Shown: positions 58,077 through 64,000 of the stretch, one piece after another
How positions within the stretch are numbered: the first letter of the stretch is position 1
Layout of the letters: each line of letters begins with the position of its first letter
DNA from: Patescibacteria group bacterium
Lineage (GTDB): Bacteria; Patescibacteriota; Patescibacteriia; UBA10025; JBIOWE01
Assembly: GCA_044868145.1 (NCBI GenBank)
Contig: JBIOWE010000004.1
Span: 137,395 to 201,394, forward strand
Reading direction: 5' to 3'
Length of the DNA stretch: 64,000 nt
The notes under the pieces: generated by a model
What the model saw: only the letters and a program-made list of their open reading frames with translations
Databases searched by the model: none
What the model was told of the DNA's origin: nothing
Translations under genes and position numbers: made by a program

Positions 58077-58979
58077 ATGCCAAAACAATCCATCTTATCA
58101 CTTGACATTGGCGGCACAAAAATTTCTGCCGGACTTGTTGTCGACCGCAGTACAACCGTCAGAGGCAAAACACCTACAACGGTACGTTCTTATCAGTCTC
58201 GCAAGGCTGACGTTCTGGCGGCTATCCACGCAACAATCAAACGGTATCCGCGTGGTGCGTATCGCGCCATCGGTGTCGGCATTACAGGACAAGTGATCTA
58301 CCCGGCCGGCGTTGTAACCCAAAGCCCGAACTTACCGACTGACTGGCGGAACGTGCCCTTACGCGCGATACTTGAGCGCAACTACCGCGTGTCTGTACGG
58401 ATTGATAATGATGCGCACTGCATGGCGCTTGCCGAGGCGATTGTCGGCGCTGGCAAGCGGCACGCGATCGTGCTCGGTGTTACCCTCGGCACTGGCGTTG
58501 GCGTCGGTTTCATGCTACACCAACGTCTGTATCGCGGCGGCCGCGACGCGGTGGAATTCGGCCATATGATTGTGGCCGACACGTCAGAACGATGCAGCTG
58601 CGGTCGTCGAGGTCATTTAGAAGCGCTCGTTTCCGGCAGAGCACTGGAGCGAGCATATGCAGTGCGCTCAGATGAGCGGCGATCAGCAAAAGAAATTGTC
58701 GCGCTTGCCCGTCGTGGCAATAAAATAGCTAAGAGCGTTATGGAAAGCGCCGGAACATACCTTGGCATTGGCCTTGCCAACTGGGTGAACATGCTCAGTC
58801 CAAACATTGTCGTGGTTGGCGGCGGTCTGGGTCAAGCCGCATCGCTTATCGCCCGCGCTCGACGCACAATGAAACCACTTTTACTATTCCCCAATCTCCG
58901 CTCTACCCCAATCGTGCCGGCGACGACCGGAGAAAATGCGGGCCTGCTTGGCGCGAGCCTGCTCTTCAAGCAACGCTGA
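58077..58979 (+). CDS. ROK-family glucokinase
   Basis: LSLDIGGTKISAGL ATP-binding start and the CSCGRRGHLEA ROK zinc motif. Confidence 0.8.
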   Translation: MPKQSILSLDIGGTKISAGLVVDRSTTVRGKTPTTVRSYQSRKADVLAAIHATIKRYPRGAYRAIGVGITGQVIYPAGVVTQSPNLPTDWRNVPLRAILERNYRVSVRIDNDAHCMALAEAIVGAGKRHAIVLGVTLGTGVGVGFMLHQRLYRGGRDAVEFGHMIVADTSERCSCGRRGHLEALVSGRALERAYAVRSDERRSAKEIVALARRGNKIAKSVMESAGTYLGIGLANWVNMLSPNIVVVGGGLGQAASLIARARRTMKPLLLFPNLRSTPIVPATTGENAGLLGASLLFKQR

Positions 58980-58988
58980 TCAGTTTCT

Positions 58989-61841
58989 ATGCCCATTCCC
59001 TATCTTCGACCAAAATTCACCGTCCGTGCGGTTGGCGACCGCCTCAAGAAAGCCAAACAACGCAGGTGGCGCCGGCGACTGCTCGCATACGTTAGATCTC
59101 ATCTTTTACCCATAGCCGTCATCGCAGTCTTGCTTGGCGGCGTTTTCACTGTCGGCGTTTTTGCTTGGTATTCGCGCGACCTGCCAAACCCGGATAAAGT
59201 GCTTGATCGTACATTGCCGGAAAGCACGAAAATCTTTGCGCGAGACGGCACTACGCTATTGTACGAAATTCACGGCGAACAAAAAAGGACCGTCATCGGA
59301 CTCGAAGAAATTCCCGACTATATGAAACAAGCAACAATCGCGGTTGAGGATAAAGATTTTTATCGCCACCCGGGGTTCAGCGTTACACGAATGATTAAGG
59401 CAATTATCGTGAACGTGCTTCAAGGCAGAAAGGCCCAAGGCGCCTCCACGATAACACAGCAGTTCATTAAGAATGCTCTCCTGACGTCCGAAAAAAGCTA
59501 CGCTAGGAAAATTCGAGAAATTGTTCTCGCATATCAGCTTGAACATAAATTCTCAAAAGATCAAATTCTCAAGCTGTACCTTAACGAGATCCCGTATGGT
59601 TCAAGCGCGTATGGCGTTGAATCTGCGAGTCAAACATTTTTTGGCAAAAGCGCGAAGGACCTGACCCTTTCGGAGTGCGCCCTGCTCGCCGCACTACCAC
59701 AGGCGCCGTCATTTTACTCTCCCTACGGAAGCCATACGGATGACTTGGTGAATCGGCAGAAGGTCATTCTCAACCTGATGGTGGAACAAGGCTATATAAC
59801 AAAAGAACAGGCGGAAGGGGCGAAAAAGGATGACGTGCTTGCTCGCGTCCAACCGAAACGAGAATCCATTCTCGCCCCGCATTTCGTATTCTATGTGAAA
59901 GAACTTTTGAGTGAAAAATATGGAGAAAAAATTGTTGAACAGGGGGGCCTCAAGGTTATCACGACGCTCAATATCGACAAGCAGCGGATAGCGGAAGAAG
60001 TAATTGCAAAGTACGGTGATCGCAATGAAAAACAATATAAGGCCCGCAACGCAGGCCTCGTGAGTATTGATACGAAAACCGGGCAGGTGCTGGCGATGGT
60101 TGGATCACGCGACTACTTTAATACAGAAAACGACGGCAATGTGAACGTGACCATTCGACCTCGTCAACCAGGCTCATCGTTTAAACCATTTGTCTACTTA
60201 ACCGCTTTTAAAAAAGGGTACACGCCGGAGACAATTCTTTTTGACCTCGTGACGAAATTTAAAACCGACACGAAAGACTACGAACCCCACAACTACGACT
60301 CAAAAGAACATGGCCCGCTTACGATGCGCCAGGCGCTTGCTGGGTCGCTCAACATCCCCGCAGTTAAAACGCTTTACCTTGCTGGCATTAATAATGTACT
60401 CGATACGGCCGAAGATTTTGGCTATACAACCTTTGCTGACCGCTCACGATACGGATTATCGCTCGTCCTTGGCGGCGGTGAGGTGACATTGCTTGAGCAC
60501 ACCGCGGCGTATGCAACGCTCGCGCGCGAGGGCATGCGCCACCCAACCGCTGTTGTTTTGAAGGTCGAAGATAAAAACGGCAAAGTGCTTGAGGAATTCA
60601 AGAACGATGAAACACGCGTCATTGACGAAGAATACGTCCGCAAGCTCAATAGCATCCTTTCGGATAATGATGCTCGATCGTTTATTTTTGGCTCGCGTAA
60701 TTACCTCACCTTGCCTGACCGGCCAGTTGCCGCAAAAACAGGAACAACCAACGATTATCGAGATGCGTGGACTCTCGGATATACGCCATCAACGGCAACC
60801 GGGGTTGTTGTCCTGAACAACGATAACTCAGAAATGAGTCGCGGCGCCGACGGCTCGGTTGTTGCTGCGCCCATTTGGCAAGAATACATGAAGCGTACCG
60901 TTGGGGGGCCAGCAGAACCATTCAAGGCGCCAAAAGCCAATGAGGCAAAAAAGCCTATTCTGCGGGGCCAGCTTGAGGGCGAAACAACCATAAAAGTTGA
61001 TAAGTACACGGGCAAGCGGATCCCGTCGTCGTGCATCGATTCATACCCAGCAGATTATATTGTTGAGAAAACTGTCCGGGTCGTGCACGACATTCTTTTT
61101 TACGTCAATAAGGACGACCCGAACGGGCCAGAACCATCCAACCCGGCTGCAGACCCGCAGTTCGAGAGGTGGGAAGAACCTGTTCTACGGTGGGCGAAAG
61201 AACACGGCTATCTTGATACAATGCCGCCCGAGGAGGAATGTTCTCTCCGCACGAAAGAAAAGAAACCAACCATATCAATAACAAGCCCGCAAAGCGGCGA
61301 AACCATCACCACGTCCTCTCTTTTTGTAAGCATTTCCGTTTCTTCGAAGCGACCGGTAAAAAAAGTTGAGTACCTCGTCGACGAACGCGTAGTCGGTGAA
61401 TCTACTAACTCGCCGTTTACCACAACCTTATCGCTAGAAGGAACAACCAATGGTTTTCACGAACTCACGGCAATTGTGCATGACGCAATTGAAAACACTG
61501 GGTCCACTACCATCAGTTTCAATTACTTGGTGAACGGCTCATCTCCCGTGCTGTATATTATTTCACCCGGGGCCGGCGCTACGCTACACATGTCAAGCTT
61601 TCCCTACACTGTTTCTGGATTCGCATATGATCCGTCTGGAGTTAGCCGCGTTGATTTCTTTTTTTCCAAAGAGGGTGGCGCGGCGGTCCCTTTTGGCACC
61701 ATCAATAACCCGCCTGACAACAGCGTTTCTACTTCCTGGCTGGCCGCTCCTGGTCCGGGTAGCTACACTATTTGGATGACGATGGAAAATAACAGCGACA
61801 ACAAAACAGTGAGCGACGTTGTGCCGCTCACTGTGGATTAG
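58989..61841 (+). CDS. class A penicillin-binding protein (transglycosylase/transpeptidase) with C-terminal extension
   Basis: TM anchor. GT51 motifs (EDKDFYRHPG, GASTITQQ). Transpeptidase SxxK (GSSFKP), SLN and KTGT motifs. The extra C-terminal ~250 aa domain is Ig/BIG-like. Confidence 0.9.
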   Translation: MPIPYLRPKFTVRAVGDRLKKAKQRRWRRRLLAYVRSHLLPIAVIAVLLGGVFTVGVFAWYSRDLPNPDKVLDRTLPESTKIFARDGTTLLYEIHGEQKRTVIGLEEIPDYMKQATIAVEDKDFYRHPGFSVTRMIKAIIVNVLQGRKAQGASTITQQFIKNALLTSEKSYARKIREIVLAYQLEHKFSKDQILKLYLNEIPYGSSAYGVESASQTFFGKSAKDLTLSECALLAALPQAPSFYSPYGSHTDDLVNRQKVILNLMVEQGYITKEQAEGAKKDDVLARVQPKRESILAPHFVFYVKELLSEKYGEKIVEQGGLKVITTLNIDKQRIAEEVIAKYGDRNEKQYKARNAGLVSIDTKTGQVLAMVGSRDYFNTENDGNVNVTIRPRQPGSSFKPFVYLTAFKKGYTPETILFDLVTKFKTDTKDYEPHNYDSKEHGPLTMRQALAGSLNIPAVKTLYLAGINNVLDTAEDFGYTTFADRSRYGLSLVLGGGEVTLLEHTAAYATLAREGMRHPTAVVLKVEDKNGKVLEEFKNDETRVIDEEYVRKLNSILSDNDARSFIFGSRNYLTLPDRPVAAKTGTTNDYRDAWTLGYTPSTATGVVVLNNDNSEMSRGADGSVVAAPIWQEYMKRTVGGPAEPFKAPKANEAKKPILRGQLEGETTIKVDKYTGKRIPSSCIDSYPADYIVEKTVRVVHDILFYVNKDDPNGPEPSNPAADPQFERWEEPVLRWAKEHGYLDTMPPEEECSLRTKEKKPTISITSPQSGETITTSSLFVSISVSSKRPVKKVEYLVDERVVGESTNSPFTTTLSLEGTTNGFHELTAIVHDAIENTGSTTISFNYLVNGSSPVLYIISPGAGATLHMSSFPYTVSGFAYDPSGVSRVDFFFSKEGGAAVPFGTINNPPDNSVSTSWLAAPGPGSYTIWMTMENNSDNKTVSDVVPLTVD

Positions 61842-61859
61842 TTCTTACTGATCCTGGCC

Positions 61860-62966
61860 TTATTGCTTTATCGGCATGATCAGGTACAAATAATCTTTGG
61901 CGCTTTTCTGCCGCAACACTCCGGGCGTGCCGCCATTGTTCATTTCAAGCACCACATCAGCTTCACCGATTGCTAGCAGTCCATCAAGTAAATATCGATA
62001 GTTAAAAGTAATGGTATTTGGCTCACCCGTCACATCGCCGGCCACCGTGGTCTCGCTTTCTCCGGTTTGGCTGTTTGTCGCGGCAACGGTCAGCTGCTTT
62101 TTTTCTTGATCAAAACGTACGATAACGTCATTTACGCCAGGTTTGCAAAAGAGGCTGGCGGTTTTTACCGCATTGAGAAGTTCGGTGGATTGAACTGTCG
62201 CTGCTGTCTGAAAATTTGTGGGAATTATTTGTTTATAGTCTGGAAATTGTCCTTCGATTATGCGGGAGGTGATTGCTGTTTCTCCGGCGACAAAGAGGAT
62301 TTGGTTTTCTGCTACGCGTATGCGAACAATCGCCTCTGCGTCGCTTTCACTGAATAGTCGAAGGAGTTCATGTACTGTTCGTATGGGGAGAATGACTTGC
62401 TTGTTTTCGCTGCCCTTCTTCAGTGGCACGCTCCGCTCTGCAAGGCGATAGCTGTCCGTGGCGACCACTGTTGCTTGCTCGTTGTCAAACCTTATCAACG
62501 CGCCGCTTATTTCGGGGCGGGATTCGTCTTGAGCTGCCGCAAATGCCGCTTGTTGAAGCGCTTGTTTTAGATCTTTTTCAAGAAGTTCGAACTCCACTCC
62601 GTCACGTATTTCCGGAATAACAGGATATTCAGTGCCCTGGAGACCTTTTATTTTTACCTTTGTGTTTTTTGAGGTAATATATAGCTCTTGATCGTGGAGG
62701 TTTACATCAACACGATCGCGCGCAAGTAGTGTTACGGTTTCTCCTAGAAGTCGGGCGCTTACCGAAAACACACCCTCTTGCTCCACCTTACCTCGTATCT
62801 CTGTGGTGATCGCCTGCTCAAGGTTTGTTGCAAGAAGTTTTATTGAACCCTTTTCCGCTTTTAATAGAACATTATTAAGGATTGGCAATGATACATTTTT
62901 AGCCGCAAGGTGACTGACCGCAGAGAGCCCCGAGTTAAAGTTCTCTTGTAGACAAGAAAATTTCAT
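61860..62966 (-). CDS. dnaN: DNA polymerase III beta subunit (sliding clamp)
   Basis: Three-domain clamp pattern in a 368 aa protein. Lies downstream of dnaA on the same strand. Confidence 0.9.
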   Translation of the reverse strand: MKFSCLQENFNSGLSAVSHLAAKNVSLPILNNVLLKAEKGSIKLLATNLEQAITTEIRGKVEQEGVFSVSARLLGETVTLLARDRVDVNLHDQELYITSKNTKVKIKGLQGTEYPVIPEIRDGVEFELLEKDLKQALQQAAFAAAQDESRPEISGALIRFDNEQATVVATDSYRLAERSVPLKKGSENKQVILPIRTVHELLRLFSESDAEAIVRIRVAENQILFVAGETAITSRIIEGQFPDYKQIIPTNFQTAATVQSTELLNAVKTASLFCKPGVNDVIVRFDQEKKQLTVAATNSQTGESETTVAGDVTGEPNTITFNYRYLLDGLLAIGEADVVLEMNNGGTPGVLRQKSAKDYLYLIMPIKQ

Positions 62967-63215
62967 ATAATTATATAGTAATAGTAATAAGCGTGTGTAT
63001 AAGAGAGGGTTTTTTGAAAATTTTGGTTAGTATTAAAGAGAGATGGGGGGGATAACTTGTGTTACCATGGTGTGTGGCTGTGTGTAGAAAATGTGGGGAC
63101 GCGGAGCGAGAAAAAACAGAAAGGGTGGTTGTGTCCGACGGGGAGGTTACTTATTCGTTCGGTGTCCCCAAAATATCGCGGTTTGCGGGTGCGGTATCAA
63201 CATGCCGCGCACAAG
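62967..63215. promoter_or_regulatory. dnaA-dnaN intergenic region, putative oriC element
   Basis: AT-rich stretch with degenerate DnaA-box-like 9-mers (TTATCAACA, TTATCCCCC, TGTGGGGAC) between dnaA and dnaN. Confidence 0.35.
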
Positions 63216-64000
63216 CTAGGTGTACAGTTTTTGTTTTATCAACATTATATCTTGCCGCATCTTCTCGTCTTGTTCAAGTAGTGACCTGATTTTTTCATAA
63301 GCGTGCATCGCGGTAGTATGATCGCGACGACCAAGCTCCTGGCCAATTAAAGGGTAGGAGCTACTCAACTCCTCCCGCATAAGATACATAGCGATTTGAC
63401 GCGGGACAACAAGCTCTTTTTTTCTGCTACTGCCCTGTAAATCATCGACGGAAATGTCGAAAAACGCCGCAACACCGGTAATAACTTGTTTTGGCGAAAG
63501 AGAGGCGCCCCGGCGCCGGCCCTCAAGGCCCGTCAATACCGACCGAACGGATTCAAGCGTTGGTTGGGAGTTGTTCAGCTGATGAAACGCCACAATTCTA
63601 TTAAGGGCGCCCTCAAGTTCACGCACATTACTTAAGATAACATTAGCAACGTGGGTTAAAATCTCATCTGATAAGCGTAGCCCCTTTTCATTGCACTTCG
63701 CACGTAAAATCGCAATCCGCGTTTCCAGGTCTGGTTGACCAATATCGGCAATCATACCCCACTCAAATCGAGAAACAAGTCTATTCTCGAGCGCGGGGAT
63801 TGCTTTGGGCGGGCGATCGGAACTAACGACAATTTGTTTGTTGTTTTGGTGAAGCGCATTAAATGTGTGAAAGAACTCCTCTTGCGTTCCTTCTTTGCCA
63901 GCAAGAAATTGGATGTCATCCACCAAAAGGACATCGGCCGTCCGATACGCTCGCTTGAAGTTCTCCATACCACCACTGATTGACTTAATGAATTCATTGG
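63216..64000 (-). CDS. dnaA: chromosomal replication initiator DnaA (C-terminal ~260 aa; gene runs off the right edge)
   Basis: AAA+ sensor and box VII-VIII region (LLVDDIQFLAGKEGTQEEFFHTFNAL..., SNVRELEGAL). C-terminal DNA-binding domain (RQIAMYLMRE...HTT). Confidence 0.9.
   Translation of the reverse strand, partial: NEFIKSISGGMENFKRAYRTADVLLVDDIQFLAGKEGTQEEFFHTFNALHQNNKQIVVSSDRPPKAIPALENRLVSRFEWGMIADIGQPDLETRIAILRAKCNEKGLRLSDEILTHVANVILSNVRELEGALNRIVAFHQLNNSQPTLESVRSVLTGLEGRRRGASLSPKQVITGVAAFFDISVDDLQGSSRKKELVVPRQIAMYLMREELSSSYPLIGQELGRRDHTTAMHAYEKIRSLLEQDEKMRQDIMLIKQKLYT

Overview
This 64 kb window looks like a small-genome, Patescibacteria/CPR-like bacterium; that assignment is inference from gene content, not a database match. 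The minus strand carries part of purF, holA and polA near the left end and dnaN and part of dnaA at the right end, with a putative oriC spacer between dnaA and dnaN. The plus strand carries rpsT, a long run of cell-envelope and carbohydrate genes, and a 23S-5S rRNA operon that has its own promoter and no adjacent 16S.

Main points:
- The 23S gene is interrupted by two group I introns. One sits near E. coli position 2500-2506 and encodes a single-motif LAGLIDADG homing endonuclease; the other is at position 2593 and has no ORF.
- An intact tRNA-Leu(TAG) sits between the two halves of a degenerate tRNA-Leu-like gene, and the breakpoint flanks are mutually complementary.
- tRNA-Ser(CGA) is followed by a roughly 1 kb AT-rich islet carrying a HEPN-motif (Rx4H) ORF.
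- A short palindromic repeat family with ends GTCAYCCTGA...GGATCTCC occurs at four loci. One copy supplies the last codons and stop of a GIY-YIG gene.
- A T-rich 11-12 nt motif array (TTTTTACTTTT / TTTTTAACTTTT) recurs immediately upstream of rpsT and ssb. A third copy sits next to a GC-rich structured element and a transcript-like unit with its own promoter and terminator.
- Two adjacent TrbC/VirB2-like pilin-type genes are present. The longer one carries four tandem Cys-rich GCCV/GCCR modules in its C-terminal domain.
- A cluster of five large polytopic membrane proteins (GT-C glycosyltransferase-like or DUF2079-like) spans 36.8-44.8 kb.
- An alpha-glucan/glycogen cluster contains GH15, two glgA genes, two tandem GH57 genes (one with a C-terminal UVR motif), an APH-like kinase, a PHP protein, galT and a ROK glucokinase. 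The two GH57 paralogs share a near-identical 62-nt stretch.

No CRISPR array, transposase or prophage-sized element was seen. All product calls come from motifs I could recognise in the translated ORFs; no searches were run.
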